From Dehalococcoidia bacterium (GTDB lineage Bacteria; Chloroflexota; Dehalococcoidia; Plut-88900), in NCBI GenBank assembly GCA_965197645.1, contig OZ240219.1, forward strand, positions 800,001-864,000: a DNA stretch of 64,000 bases, in the 5' to 3' direction. The stretch's first letter is position 1. The number at the start of each line of letters is the position of its first letter. The translations under genes were made by a program, and so were the position numbers. This document shows positions 39,715 to 50,392 of this stretch, piece after piece. The notes under the pieces are model-generated. The model had not been told where the DNA came from and made no database searches. It saw nothing but the letters and a program-made list of their open reading frames with translations.

Positions 39715-39900
39715 CTAGACAGCGACCTTGTACTGGGTCCGGAGGCAGCGGGTGCATAGCTTCATCCGCTGTCGTTTGCCATCGACCCACAGGGTGACCG
39801 GGTGGACGTTGGGCTTGAACTGCCGGGGCGTGTGCCTCTTGGAGTGGCTCACGTTCCGTCCCATCCGGGGCACCTTGTCACATATTTCGCACTTGGCCAC
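39715..39900 (-). CDS. rpmB: 50S ribosomal protein L28
   Basis: CEIC..GRNVSHSKRHT.R.FKPN..CTRCLR. Confidence 0.96.
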   Translation of the reverse strand: MAKCEICDKVPRMGRNVSHSKRHTPRQFKPNVHPVTLWVDGKRQRMKLCTRCLRTQYKVAV

Positions 39901-39987
39901 TGGGTCCCTCTTTGACTGAGCCTGAAGGTTCTTGTAGAATCCGGAGCATACCGTAACATAACTTATCCCGCCCTACAACCGCTTCAA

Positions 39988-41598
39988 ATGCAAGAACTCC
40001 ACGATGGCCAGCGGGTAAGGGAGATGTTCGCTGCCGGTACCCGATGGCTGGAATCCAACGTCGATGCCATCAACTCCCTGAACGTCTTCCCCGTTCCCGA
40101 TGGCGATACCGGCACCAACATGCTGTTCACCATGCGTGAAGCCATGCGGGCTGTCGACGAGTGCGACGACACCTCGCTGGACGCCGTGCTCCAGGCGATA
40201 GCCCGAGGGGCCTTGATGGGTGCTCGAGGCAACAGCGGCGTGATCCTCTCCCAGGTGCTGCGGGGGTTCGCCAAGGGAGCCGAGGGGAGTCCCAACCTGG
40301 ATGGCCCGACCCTTGGATCGGCCCTGAAGGAGGCTTCGTCGTCGGCGTACAAAGCGGTGAGCAACCCGGTGGAGGGCACGATGCTCACCGTTGCCAGGGA
40401 GTGCTCCGAAGCCGCCGAGAGGGCCGCCGGCGAGAGTCCCGACCTGGAGGAAGTGCTACAGGCCGCCGTCGAGGGCGCCCAGGAGTCCGTCGCCCGGACG
40501 CCGGAACTGCTGCCCGTGCTGCAGGAGGCGGGAGTGGTGGATGCCGGCGGACAGGGTCTGGTCACGCTGCTGGAAGGCGCCCTCAAATCCCTACGCAACG
40601 AGCCCATCGAGTCCGCACCCAGGCTGGCAATGAGCGAGGGCATAATCCGCCTGGCCCGAGGGACTACCGAGGAAGTAGAGAAAGAGCTGGGCTTCTGCGT
40701 GCAGTATCTCATCGAGGGACGAGACTTGGATCTGGCAGCCGTGCGTGAGGGGATAAACCGGGTGGGAACCTCTACCGTGGTGGTGGGAGACTCCGACACC
40801 GTCCGGGTGCATACCCATAGCCTGGAACCCGACGCAGCCATGGAGTTCGGAGAATCGATGGGGAGCCTATCCCGGATCAGCGTGGAGAACATAGATGACC
40901 AGCACGCCGACCTCCTCCTTTCCAAGCAGAACGCACAGGACGCTGCCGTATCCATTGTAGTCGTTGCCTCGGGGGACGGGTTCAAGGAGCTGTTCGCCGG
41001 TCTCGGCGCTTTCGCCGTGGTAGACGGCGGCCAGACGATGAATCCCAGTACAGAGGACCTTCTAACCGCCATCGAAGCGGCCCCGGCGCCCGAGGTGATC
41101 GTGCTTCCCAACAACAAGAACATCGTGCCGGCGGCCCGTCAGGCCGCATCCCTGTCTCAGAAGGCCGTGGAGGTGGTGCCGACGACGACCGTTCCCCAGG
41201 GCGTGGCATCCGTGCTGGCCTTCAACGCCGAGCTGAGCTTCGCCGATAACGTTGCCGCTGTCAAAGAAGCCTTCAGCGAAGTAACGACCCTGGAGATAAC
41301 CAACGCTGTCAGACCGTCCAGGCTAAACGGACTGAACATTGAACAGGGCGATGCCATCGGCCTGCTGGACGGGAAGCTGCTTGCCTCGGGCCGGAGCGCG
41401 GTTGAGGTGGTAGCCTCCCTGGCGAAGCTTTGCGATCCCGAGACCTCTCTGCTGGCGACCGTCTACTACGGAGCCCAGACCGGTTCCGACAACGTCGACA
41501 CCATCGTCGAGTCGTTGGAGCGGAGTTTGCCGGGAATCGAGGTGGAGACCGTTGCCGGCGGCCAGCCCGACTACGAGTTCGTCATCTCGCTGGAATAG
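39988..41598 (+). CDS. DAK2 domain fatty acid kinase subunit A (YloV/FakA-like)
   Basis: LNVFPVPDGDTGTNM, GARGNSGVILSQ, GGQTMNPS, GGQP; divergent from rpmB and upstream of recG. Confidence 0.95.
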   Translation: MQELHDGQRVREMFAAGTRWLESNVDAINSLNVFPVPDGDTGTNMLFTMREAMRAVDECDDTSLDAVLQAIARGALMGARGNSGVILSQVLRGFAKGAEGSPNLDGPTLGSALKEASSSAYKAVSNPVEGTMLTVARECSEAAERAAGESPDLEEVLQAAVEGAQESVARTPELLPVLQEAGVVDAGGQGLVTLLEGALKSLRNEPIESAPRLAMSEGIIRLARGTTEEVEKELGFCVQYLIEGRDLDLAAVREGINRVGTSTVVVGDSDTVRVHTHSLEPDAAMEFGESMGSLSRISVENIDDQHADLLLSKQNAQDAAVSIVVVASGDGFKELFAGLGAFAVVDGGQTMNPSTEDLLTAIEAAPAPEVIVLPNNKNIVPAARQAASLSQKAVEVVPTTTVPQGVASVLAFNAELSFADNVAAVKEAFSEVTTLEITNAVRPSRLNGLNIEQGDAIGLLDGKLLASGRSAVEVVASLAKLCDPETSLLATVYYGAQTGSDNVDTIVESLERSLPGIEVETVAGGQPDYEFVISLE

Positions 41599-41733
41599 CC
41601 CCTTCGCCGCGACTCCCAATATGGCCGTCAGGACAGCAACCGATAGCACTGCAGACCTCTCATCCTGCCAGCTTGAACCGGCCCTGAGCGCCCCCGTAGG
41701 CCTCGTTGCTATGGGCATGACTAAGACCCGCGA

Positions 41734-44163
41734 GTGACCGGCATGGATGCTGGACGGGAACAGCTCAAGAAAGTCCTGGAGCTGGAGCGGCAAAAGGGCT
41801 GTGAGGACGAAGCGGTCATGGGCGGGCTGGACGGCTTTCTGGAGCGGTGGAACCGAGGCCTGACCAACGGTGGGAACGCTCCGGAGACGGGAATCGAGGC
41901 GCAGCCCAGCTACGGGGCCATGTCGGTGGGGCAACGGCGGGAATGGATCGAAGGGCTGCTGGAACGGCTGGGGGGCACGATAACGACCGCTTCATCCAGG
42001 AAGAAGACCGCTCCAAAGGCAAAAAAACCTCCCTCGGCGGACGGTCTCACCCTGGACTCGCCCGTTACATCGATCAAGGGTGTTCAGGACACCACTGCCA
42101 AGAGGCTGGCCAAGCTGGGGGTCTCCGTCATCAGAGACCTAATCTATCATTTTCCTCACAAGCACAACGATTTCCGGTCGATAGTGCCGATAGCCGACCT
42201 GGTGCCGGGAGCCGAGCAGACGACGGTCGGCATCGTGTGGGAAGCATCGGTGAAGAAGCTGGGGCCCAGAAGGCAGAACACCGAGGCGATTATCGGCGAC
42301 GAGACGGGCAACATGCGGGCGGTCTGGTTCAACAACCCCCACATGGTCAGTAATCTCAAACCCCAACAACGAATAGCCCTCAGCGGCCGGGTCGGCCTTT
42401 TTCGAGGGCAGAAGGTGTTCGAGTCGCCCGACTACGAGGTCCTATCCGGCGAAAGCCGGGTTCACACAGGGCGGCTGGTTCCCGTCTACCCCCTGACCGA
42501 CGGTCTGTACCAACGGTCCATGCGGAACCTGATAAAACGGACCCTGGATATCTGGGCTGACGGGCTGCCCGACTATCTGCCGGCGTCCATCAGAGAGGCC
42601 AACGGGCTGCTTGGCCTATCCGATGCCGTGGTACAGGCCCACTACCCGGAGGACGACGAGTCCAAAGCCGAGGCTCGCCGCCGCCTGGCCTTCGACGAGC
42701 TGTTTCTGATACAGCTTCGGGTGCTGGCTCGCAAGCAGGAGTGGCAGGAGGGCCAGCAGGCCTACGAGCTTGCCAGGGACCCGGGGCTGCTCGACAAGTT
42801 CGTCCAGTCGTTGCCCTTCTCCCTCACCGGCGCACAGACACGGACCCTGGATGAGGTACTCTCGGACCTGGAGAGTTCCCGGCCGATGAGCCGGCTGCTC
42901 CAGGGCGAGGTGGGCAGCGGCAAGACGGTGGTGGCGGCGGGCGCACTCCTGGCGGCGGTTGCCCAGGGCTACCAGGGCGCAATCATGGTGCCGACGGAAA
43001 TCCTCGCCGAACAGCACTTCCGCACCATCTGCGGGCTCCTGGGCGCGGTCCCCGATACGGTGTGGGGTGATGAGAGCATCCAGGTCTTCGATTCCTTCCT
43101 GCAGCGGCCCGTGCGGGTGGGATTCCTCATCAGCGAAGTGCGGGGCAAAGCCAAGCGCGCCCTGAAGACCGCCGTTTCCCAGGGCGGAGTGGACATAGTC
43201 ATCGGGACTCACGCCCTGATCCAGAAGGAGGTGGAGTTTCACAATCTGGCGGTGGCCGTGGTGGACGAGCAGCACCGGTTCGGGGTGATGCAGCGTTCGG
43301 CGCTGCGGCAGAAGGGGGCCAGCCCCCATCTGCTCGTGATGACGGCCACCCCTATTCCTCGCACCCTGGCTCTGACTCTGTACGGCGACCTCGATATATC
43401 GGTGTTGGATGAGCTGCCGCCGGGCAGGCAGGAGATCAAGACCAAGTGGGTATCGCCCCGCCAGCGGCCCAAGGCATATGAGTTCGTTCGCAAGCAGGTC
43501 TCGGAAGGGCGGCAGGCCTTTATCATATGCCCTCTCATCGATGAGTCGGAGGTGCTGGAGACGCGGGCCGCCACCAAGGAGTACGAACGGCTATCCCAGG
43601 AGGTCTTCCCGGACATCCGCATGGGCCTGCTTCACGGCAGATTGCCGGCCGGCGAGAAGGACCAGGTGATGGAGAGCTTTCGCAAGGGCGAGCTTCAGGT
43701 CCTGGTGTCCACGCCGGTAGTGGAGGTGGGCATCGATATCCCCAACGCCACCGTCATGATGGTCGAAGGAGCGGAGCGGTTCGGGCTATCCCAGCTTCAC
43801 CAGTTCAGGGGCCGGGTGGGCAGGGGGCCCGAAAAGAGCTACTGCCTGCTCTTGACCGACAAACCTTCAGCCGAGGTAAGGGAACGGCTATCGCTGATGG
43901 AAAGCACCAACGATGGCTTCAATCTGGCGGAGGAAGACCTGCGCCTGCGGGGCCCCGGCGAGTTCTTCGGTACACGGCAGAGCGGCCTCCCCGACATGCG
44001 AATGGCCCGCCTCAGCGACATGCCGCTGCTGGAGCTGGCCCGGGAGGAGGCGTCTCACCTCTTCTCCGCCGATCCGGAGCTGAAGAGACCCGAGCACAAA
44101 GCCCTATACAAAGAGCTGGCCCGATTCGGGGAAAGCTGGTTCGTGGGCGGCGCCGAGGCGTGA
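41734..44163 (+). CDS. recG: ATP-dependent DNA helicase RecG
   Basis: RLLQGEVGSGKT, DEQHRFG, MTATPIPRTL, QLHQFRGRVGRG. Confidence 0.97.
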   Translation: MTGMDAGREQLKKVLELERQKGCEDEAVMGGLDGFLERWNRGLTNGGNAPETGIEAQPSYGAMSVGQRREWIEGLLERLGGTITTASSRKKTAPKAKKPPSADGLTLDSPVTSIKGVQDTTAKRLAKLGVSVIRDLIYHFPHKHNDFRSIVPIADLVPGAEQTTVGIVWEASVKKLGPRRQNTEAIIGDETGNMRAVWFNNPHMVSNLKPQQRIALSGRVGLFRGQKVFESPDYEVLSGESRVHTGRLVPVYPLTDGLYQRSMRNLIKRTLDIWADGLPDYLPASIREANGLLGLSDAVVQAHYPEDDESKAEARRRLAFDELFLIQLRVLARKQEWQEGQQAYELARDPGLLDKFVQSLPFSLTGAQTRTLDEVLSDLESSRPMSRLLQGEVGSGKTVVAAGALLAAVAQGYQGAIMVPTEILAEQHFRTICGLLGAVPDTVWGDESIQVFDSFLQRPVRVGFLISEVRGKAKRALKTAVSQGGVDIVIGTHALIQKEVEFHNLAVAVVDEQHRFGVMQRSALRQKGASPHLLVMTATPIPRTLALTLYGDLDISVLDELPPGRQEIKTKWVSPRQRPKAYEFVRKQVSEGRQAFIICPLIDESEVLETRAATKEYERLSQEVFPDIRMGLLHGRLPAGEKDQVMESFRKGELQVLVSTPVVEVGIDIPNATVMMVEGAERFGLSQLHQFRGRVGRGPEKSYCLLLTDKPSAEVRERLSLMESTNDGFNLAEEDLRLRGPGEFFGTRQSGLPDMRMARLSDMPLLELAREEASHLFSADPELKRPEHKALYKELARFGESWFVGGAEA

Positions 44164-44230
44164 TGGACAAGCGAGATACAACTCCCTTCTTCGACAAGCC
44201 GGTGACGAACCGCTAGACTTCCAGGCTGAG

Positions 44231-45892
44231 ATGATTATCAAGGACAAGATCGATCGGATGGTACGGGAGGCCTCGCAGGAGGCCCAGGACAAGGGGCTGC
44301 TGCCCCAGGTCACCCTGCCCGACGTGCTGGTGGAGCGGCCCCAGAACCCGGACCACGGCGACTACGCCGCCACCGCGCCACTCAAGCTGGCCCGCTCCGC
44401 TCGCATGAAGCCCATGACCATTGCGGAGCACCTGTTAGGACTCCTCCAGCCCATGGAGGAGATCGAATCGGTGACCCTGGCTCCGCCCGGCTTCATCAAC
44501 TTCTCTTTGAAGCGGGGATGGTTGAACTCACAGGTCGACTCCATCCTGGAAACGGGTGCCGGCTACGGAGACATAGACCTGGGCGCCGGCCAGAAAGTGC
44601 AGGTGGAGTACGTCAGCGTGAATCCCACGGGCCCGCTGCACGTGGGCCATGGCCGGGGCGCCATACTGGGCAGCGCTCTTTCCCGGGTGCTGCAATCGGC
44701 GGGCTTCGATGTCCAGCAGGAGTACTACATCAACGACGCCGGCACCCAGATGGACTCCTTCTATCGGAGCCTCCACGCCCGGTACCTCCAACAGCTGGGC
44801 ATCGATGCTCAGGTCCCCTCCGAAGGCTACAAGGGCGACTACATGGTGGACCTGGCTAAGGAGGTGGTCTCAGAAGAGGGGGACCGGTTCAAGGATATGC
44901 CCCAGGAACAGGCCATGGTCGAGCTGGGTGCCATAGGTCTGGACAAGATGCTCGCCTCCATCAGGAGCACCCTGGAGGAGATGGGTGTCAACCACGACGT
45001 CTGGTTCAGCGAGCAGCACCTATTCGATAGCGGGGAGTACGATAGGGCGTTAAATGCCATCAAGGCGGGGGGCTACTCCCGGGAGAACGAGGGAGCCATC
45101 TGGTTTGCTTCCACCGCCCTCGGCGAGGACAAGGACAACGTTCTCGTACGAAGCAGCGGACATCCTACCTACTTCGCGTCGGACATCGCTTATCACTACA
45201 ACAAGTTCGTAGAGCGGGGCTTCGATCGGGTGATCAACGTCTGGGGAGCGGACCACCAGGGGCACATCTCTCGCATGAAGGCCGCGGTGACGGCCCTGGG
45301 AGTCGACCCGGACCGGCTGGAGATAATAGTCTCCCAGATGGTCAGCCTGCGCCGCGGCGACGAAGTGGTCAAGGTCTCGAAGCGCAGCGGGGACATCATT
45401 ACGCTGCAGGAGGTGGTCGACGAGGTGGGCGCTGATCCATGCCGGTTCTTCTTCCTCGCCCGCTCTGCAGACAGCCAGATGGACTTCGACCTGGAGCTGG
45501 CTAAAACGCAATCCAACGACAATCCCGCCTACTACCTTCAGTACGCCCACGCCCGGGTCGCCAGCATTCTCAGACTGGCCGAGGAGCGAGGAATCGACTA
45601 CGGAGACGGCAACGTCCGACTCCTGGGCCACGAGGCTGAGCTGGCCCTGGTCCGCCAGATGCTCCGCCTGCCCGAGGTGGTGGAGCTGATAGCCAGGACA
45701 CTGGAGCCCCAGCACCTCCCCCACTACACCCAGGAGCTGGCCACCCATTTCCACAGCTTCTACGAGAAGTGTCGCGTCATCGGCGAAGATGAGGCCATGA
45801 ACAAGGCCCGCCTGAAGCTGGTAAAGGCGGTGCAGGTGGTGCTGGCCAAGGGGTTGGACCTGATGGGCATGTCCGCACCCGAGCGGATGTAG
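44231..45892 (+). CDS. argS: Arginine--tRNA ligase
   Basis: EYVSVNPTGPLHVGH, GADHQG, SKRSG, YLQYAHAR. Confidence 0.98.
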   Translation: MIIKDKIDRMVREASQEAQDKGLLPQVTLPDVLVERPQNPDHGDYAATAPLKLARSARMKPMTIAEHLLGLLQPMEEIESVTLAPPGFINFSLKRGWLNSQVDSILETGAGYGDIDLGAGQKVQVEYVSVNPTGPLHVGHGRGAILGSALSRVLQSAGFDVQQEYYINDAGTQMDSFYRSLHARYLQQLGIDAQVPSEGYKGDYMVDLAKEVVSEEGDRFKDMPQEQAMVELGAIGLDKMLASIRSTLEEMGVNHDVWFSEQHLFDSGEYDRALNAIKAGGYSRENEGAIWFASTALGEDKDNVLVRSSGHPTYFASDIAYHYNKFVERGFDRVINVWGADHQGHISRMKAAVTALGVDPDRLEIIVSQMVSLRRGDEVVKVSKRSGDIITLQEVVDEVGADPCRFFFLARSADSQMDFDLELAKTQSNDNPAYYLQYAHARVASILRLAEERGIDYGDGNVRLLGHEAELALVRQMLRLPEVVELIARTLEPQHLPHYTQELATHFHSFYEKCRVIGEDEAMNKARLKLVKAVQVVLAKGLDLMGMSAPERM

Positions 45893-45904
45893 GTCTATAC
45901 CCTC

Positions 45905-45980
45905 GTCATTGCCACGCCCCGACAAAGTCGGGGCGTGGCAATCTAGCCACGTCTGGCCGTTGACCCGGCAGAGTCGTATC
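45905..45980. repeat. Family A right arm (palindromic variant) plus linker
   Basis: ATTGCCACGCCCCGAC-AAA-GTCGGGGCGTGGCAAT, then the linker GGCCGTTGACCCGGCnGAGTCGTAT shared with ~1533-1557. Confidence 0.9.
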
Positions 45981-45981
45981 C

Positions 45982-46064
45982 TCCCACCCACCCGCCCTAG
46001 GATGAGTTAGTAGCTGGGGGCACATCCCCCAACCCCCTGCCAGATGGTTTCCCTCTGGACTCCC
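45982..46064 (-). repeat. Family B interspersed repeat
   Basis: Reverse complement of GGGAGTCCAGAGGGAAAC..TCTGGCAGGGGGTTGGGGGATGTGCCCCC..GGGCGGGTGGGTGGGA. Confidence 0.85.
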
Positions 46065-46131
46065 TGGATACGGTGTCCTGGGATAGGATCGCCGCCTGCA
46101 CAGAATTGTCGTTGACATATCGATGAACCAC

Positions 46132-46263
46132 GGGGTGTGCAGAGGGGCGAATTCAATTCTTCTGAGACTGCCTACTGGGGGCCGGGAGTCTGAGGGTGTC
46201 CCTCAGAACTTATCTCTTCTTCTGCCCCCTTCGGGGTCAGGAAGGGGGCCAGGGGGATGGTCG
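46132..46263 (+). repeat. Multi-hairpin element of similar architecture to family B
   Basis: GGGGTGTGCAGAGGGG..., hairpins TCTGAGGG-TGT-CCCTCAGA and GCCCCCTTC..GAAGGGGGC. Confidence 0.5.
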
Positions 46264-46358
46264 CGAGTTTGTTGAGTAATCCACCGTGCCTATGCTAGAC
46301 TGCAACGGCATTTCGGCCTGAGAACTCGGCTCCACCGACATGGGGTAAAGCTCCAAAA

Positions 46359-47354
46359 ATGTCATCCACCAAGAAGGGTACAGTCTTCTCCGGCGCTCGA
46401 CCTACGGGTAGGCAGCACATAGGCAACTACCTGGGCGCCATAAAGAATTACGTGGCGCTGCAAGACGACTACGACTGCATCTACTGCGCCGTCGATGTTC
46501 ACGCCCTGACCACCCTACAGGACACCGACAAGCTCCAGGACAACATCAAGGAGATGCTGCTGGACTGGCTGGCCGCCGGCCTGGATCCGGAGCGAAGCAT
46601 CCTCTTCGTCCAGTCCCACGTCCCCGAAGTCATGGTCCTGCACACCCTTCTCAGCATGGTCACGCCCCACGGCTGGCTGACCCGTGTGCCCACCTTCAAG
46701 GACAAGGCGCGGCAGCAGCCGGAGAACATCAACTACGGCCTGGTGGGATATCCGGTGTTGATGACGGCGGACATAGTCATCTACAAGGCGGATACGGTCC
46801 CCGTGGGCGAGGACCAGCTTCCCCACCTGGAGCTGGCGAGGGAGATCGTGAGGCGATTCAATCACATCTTTACGCCCACCTTTCCCGAGCCCAAGGCCAA
46901 GCTGACCGAAACCCCCCTCATCCTCGGCCTTGATGGCGCTCAGAAGATGAGCAAGAGCGTGGATAATCACATCGAGTTGGCCCTGACGCCGGAGGAGACC
47001 AAGAAGCGGGTGATGACCGCCGTCACCGACCCACAGCGCCGGTACAAGTCCGATCCGGGCCGGCCCGAAGTCTGCAACGTCTATAGTCTCCACTCCCACT
47101 TCAACCCCGACCAGGTGGAGGACATCGCCGACCAGTGCCGGAGCGCTCAGAGGGGGTGCGTGGACTGCAAAGGCATCCTCGCCGAGGGGATCAATCGAGA
47201 GCTGGCCTCTTTCAGGGAACGCAGGCAGGAGCTCTCCGAAAAACCGGACCACCTTACCGACGTATTGGCCCATGGCGCAGACCGGGCCCGGGTAATAGCC
47301 AGGGAGACGCTGGCCGAGGCCGAAGAGAAGATGGGCCTCAAGCCCGAGGCCTAG
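46359..47354 (+). CDS. trpS: Tryptophan--tRNA ligase
   Basis: SGARPTG..HIGN, YPVLMTADI, VPVGEDQ, KMSKS. Confidence 0.98.
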   Translation: MSSTKKGTVFSGARPTGRQHIGNYLGAIKNYVALQDDYDCIYCAVDVHALTTLQDTDKLQDNIKEMLLDWLAAGLDPERSILFVQSHVPEVMVLHTLLSMVTPHGWLTRVPTFKDKARQQPENINYGLVGYPVLMTADIVIYKADTVPVGEDQLPHLELAREIVRRFNHIFTPTFPEPKAKLTETPLILGLDGAQKMSKSVDNHIELALTPEETKKRVMTAVTDPQRRYKSDPGRPEVCNVYSLHSHFNPDQVEDIADQCRSAQRGCVDCKGILAEGINRELASFRERRQELSEKPDHLTDVLAHGADRARVIARETLAEAEEKMGLKPEA

Positions 47355-47356
47355 AC

Positions 47357-48205
47357 GTGGAGCTGCCCCTCTCCGCAAGCGGCTTGTCCATATCTGACGT
47401 CGCCGTCGAAGCCGTAAAAGAGGCCGGGCGTGTGCTGGCGGAGAACCTACCCAGGGACAAAGAGATCACCTTCAAGGGCAGGGGCAACGTCGTGACCAAC
47501 CTGGACGTCCAGGTGGAGGAGATGCTAAAGGACCGTCTGCTTCGGGAGCTACCAGGTTTCGGCGTCCTGTGCGAGGAGGGTGAGGCCATCGAGGGGGAGA
47601 CGGGATACACTTGGGTCATGGATCCCCTGGACGGCACCCGAAATTACGCCTCGGGGAGTCCTATCTTCACTGTAAACCTGGGACTGGCCTACGAAGGCGA
47701 AGTGGTGATGGGCCTCACCTACGATCCGATGCGCGGGGAGCTGTTCCACTCGATAAAGGGCCAGGGTGCCTTCGTGAACGACACACCGATCACCGTGGCC
47801 GACCGATCGTCGGTCCAGGACTCGGTGGTGGCACTGGACATGGGGTACAGCGATGAGCGGGCCGAGAAGGCGCTGAGGATTCTGGCCGATATCTGGCCCG
47901 GTATGCAGTCGATACGGATCATGGGCTCGGCGGCGCTGGCCCTGGCATACGTGGCCGCCGGTCGTATCGACCTCTATTTTCATCACAATCTGGCCCCCTG
48001 GGACCTGGTAAGCGGCATCCTGCTGGTGAAAGAGGCCGGTGGGGTGATAACCCAGGGCGATGGGTCCGAGATAAGCTATATGAGCACCAGCGTAGTGGCC
48101 TCCAACGAGGCCGCGCACTCCGATTTCCTTCGCCTGACCGAAGGGAGCGAATACAGGGCGGCTCTAGAGGTATCGCCAATCAATGCTTCAGTTGAAACCC
48201 AATAA
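47357..48205 (+). CDS. Inositol monophosphatase family (SuhB-like)
   Basis: CEE, WVMDPLDGTRNY, GSAAL, PWDLVSG; GTG start right after trpS. Confidence 0.92.
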   Translation: MELPLSASGLSISDVAVEAVKEAGRVLAENLPRDKEITFKGRGNVVTNLDVQVEEMLKDRLLRELPGFGVLCEEGEAIEGETGYTWVMDPLDGTRNYASGSPIFTVNLGLAYEGEVVMGLTYDPMRGELFHSIKGQGAFVNDTPITVADRSSVQDSVVALDMGYSDERAEKALRILADIWPGMQSIRIMGSAALALAYVAAGRIDLYFHHNLAPWDLVSGILLVKEAGGVITQGDGSEISYMSTSVVASNEAAHSDFLRLTEGSEYRAALEVSPINASVETQ

Positions 48206-48238
48206 TGCCGTAGCTGAAAAACAAGGATGAGGTGAGCA

Positions 48239-49687
48239 ATGGGCTTGAGGACCGGAGAGGAGTATCGAGAGTCTATCCGCGATGGCCGGGAGGTCTTTTA
48301 CGACGGTGAGCTGGTCACGGATATCACCCGACATCCCGCCTTCAAACCCATCATCGATGTGCGCTCGCGCATGTACGACATGCAGTCCGAGACCGAGTTT
48401 CAGGAGACGCTCACCTTCAGGCAGGATGACGGGTCCATAGCCTGCCGGTCCTTGAAGCCGCCGGTAAGCCAGGATGACCTGCTGGCCCAGCGAAGGTACG
48501 TCGAGACCGTCCTGGGGGAGATAGGCGGCGTGGTCGAGCGGGTCGGTGATGACACGGCCGGCGAGATGTGGTCCATGTACGATGCCAGGGAGATGTTGCG
48601 GGGATTCAATCCCCTCTTCGCTGAGAACGTCGAGCGGCACGTCAAGCGGCTGATGGACAGAGACCTGTTCCACGTCAGCGGCAATACCGATCCCAAGGGA
48701 GACCGCAGCCTGTCGCCCCAGGAGCAAGACCCGGACATGCTCCTGCACGTGGTGGAGGAACGGGACGATGGCATCGTGGTGAGGGGCGCCAAGTACGAAA
48801 CGGCCGCCTGCTACGCGAACCAGGGTTTCGTCAAGCCCACCATCGCCCAGTGGGACGCGGCGCTGAAGGACTACGCCGTGGGGTTCATCACCGATATGAA
48901 CGCCAAGGGACTCAAGCACATATGCCGCACGGCCTTGGCGGTGGGCAAAGACCCCAAGGACTATCCCATCGGCACACGGTTTGACGAGATAGATACCCTG
49001 CTCATCTTCGACGATGTTCTGGTGCCGTGGGAAAACGTGTTCTTTTCCAGGCTTCCCGAGGCGGCAGGTTACATAAGAGGCACGCTGCACCGGTACGTGG
49101 TCTTCCCCTTCGTCATGCGCACGTTGTTCAGGGCGGACATGCTGCTGGGGACGGCCTTTCTCAACGTGGAGCAGACGGGGCTGGAGAGAAATCCGGTGGT
49201 ACGGGAGAAGCTGGTCCAGCTGATGTGCTACAGGGAGACGTTGAACGCACACCTCCACGCCGCTGTGTACACGTCCGAGCCCAGCCCGGGCGGGCTCTGC
49301 ATGCCCAACCAGGCCATAATCTACGCCGGTAGGATATTCGGGTCCAGCAACCTGCCCAACATGATCGCCATCGTGCGGGAGCTGGCGGGAGGGCAGCTGG
49401 AGCTTACCCCGGATACGGCGTCGTGGAACAACCCCGAGGTGAGAGGATACCTGGAGAAGTACTATTCGATTGGCGAGTGGGGCATGGAGGATCGGATCCG
49501 GCTGCTCCATTTCACTCGAGACCTGGTCAACTCCTCGATGGCCGGGCACAAGCTGGCATTTCAGCTCTTCGCCCAGAGCCCTCCGTACGCCAACGCGCTG
49601 GCCCTCTTCCACAACTTCGACCCGACACCCATGAAGAAGCTGGTCAAGAAGGCCGCCGACCTGTCCGAGGCCATCGCAACGGGGTAA
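48239..49687 (+). CDS. 4-hydroxyphenylacetate 3-hydroxylase (HpaB/PvcC) family flavin monooxygenase oxygenase subunit
   Basis: RTGEEYRESIRDGR, TDPKGDRS, GIVVRGAK, RFDEID.L.IFDDVLVPWENVF. Confidence 0.92.
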   Translation: MGLRTGEEYRESIRDGREVFYDGELVTDITRHPAFKPIIDVRSRMYDMQSETEFQETLTFRQDDGSIACRSLKPPVSQDDLLAQRRYVETVLGEIGGVVERVGDDTAGEMWSMYDAREMLRGFNPLFAENVERHVKRLMDRDLFHVSGNTDPKGDRSLSPQEQDPDMLLHVVEERDDGIVVRGAKYETAACYANQGFVKPTIAQWDAALKDYAVGFITDMNAKGLKHICRTALAVGKDPKDYPIGTRFDEIDTLLIFDDVLVPWENVFFSRLPEAAGYIRGTLHRYVVFPFVMRTLFRADMLLGTAFLNVEQTGLERNPVVREKLVQLMCYRETLNAHLHAAVYTSEPSPGGLCMPNQAIIYAGRIFGSSNLPNMIAIVRELAGGQLELTPDTASWNNPEVRGYLEKYYSIGEWGMEDRIRLLHFTRDLVNSSMAGHKLAFQLFAQSPPYANALALFHNFDPTPMKKLVKKAADLSEAIATG

Positions 49688-49720
49688 GATAGAGAGGAAC
49701 GCCTAGATAGAGGTGACGCT

Positions 49721-50392
49721 ATGACCTTTTCACTGGTCGGGCACTGCGAACGGACAGGCATGGTGGGCATGGCCGTCTCCACCAGCAGCATCTGCGTCGG
49801 CGCCCGGTGCGTCTGGGTGAGGGCCAACGTGGGCGCCGTTGCGACCCAACATCTAACCGATCCTCGACTGGGCCAGCTGGGACTCGATCTGCTCAGTCGT
49901 GGATACTCGGCCCAGGCTACCCTCGATGAGCTGGTTAAGGCCGGCGCGTACCCCGAGTACCGGCAGATCGGTGTGATCGACTGCGATGGACACTCCGCCG
50001 GCTACACCGGGGACCAGGTGATGTTGGAGCGGCGCCACTACACGGGGGAGCACGTGACCGCGGTGGGCAACCTCCTGAAGACCGAGGAGGTCGCTATAGC
50101 GATGGGCCAAAGCTTCGAGGCGAACCCGGACCTGCACGTCGCAGAGCGGTTGATGCTGGCCCTGGAAGCGGGCAAGGATGCCGGCGGCGAGGTCGGGGGC
50201 AACGAGCATTCGGCCGCTTTATGGGTCGCCGATAGACAGCCCTTCCCCCTGGTGGACCTGAGGGTGGACTGGCACGATGCCCCGATAGTCGAGCTGCGCA
50301 AGCTGTGGGAGAGGTACGAGCCCGAGATGAACGACTTCATAAACCGGGCCGTACACCCCAACAAGGCCGCCCCACACCCCATATCCCGATAG
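49721..50392 (+). CDS. DUF1028 (Ntn-hydrolase fold) protein
   Basis: N-terminal TFSLV, GAVATQ, GNLL, SAAL, DLRVDWH. Confidence 0.9.
   Translation: MTFSLVGHCERTGMVGMAVSTSSICVGARCVWVRANVGAVATQHLTDPRLGQLGLDLLSRGYSAQATLDELVKAGAYPEYRQIGVIDCDGHSAGYTGDQVMLERRHYTGEHVTAVGNLLKTEEVAIAMGQSFEANPDLHVAERLMLALEAGKDAGGEVGGNEHSAALWVADRQPFPLVDLRVDWHDAPIVELRKLWERYEPEMNDFINRAVHPNKAAPHPISR

Noticed and set aside
46070-46358. T-box riboswitch upstream of trpS
   Set aside because: No recognisable T-box (GGTGG.ACC) antiterminator; the region is explained by repeat-like hairpins
48188-49612. Long antisense ORFs (also 39984-41123, 32317-33348, 60041-61150 and others)
   Set aside because: Shadows of GC-rich sense genes with no recognisable motifs
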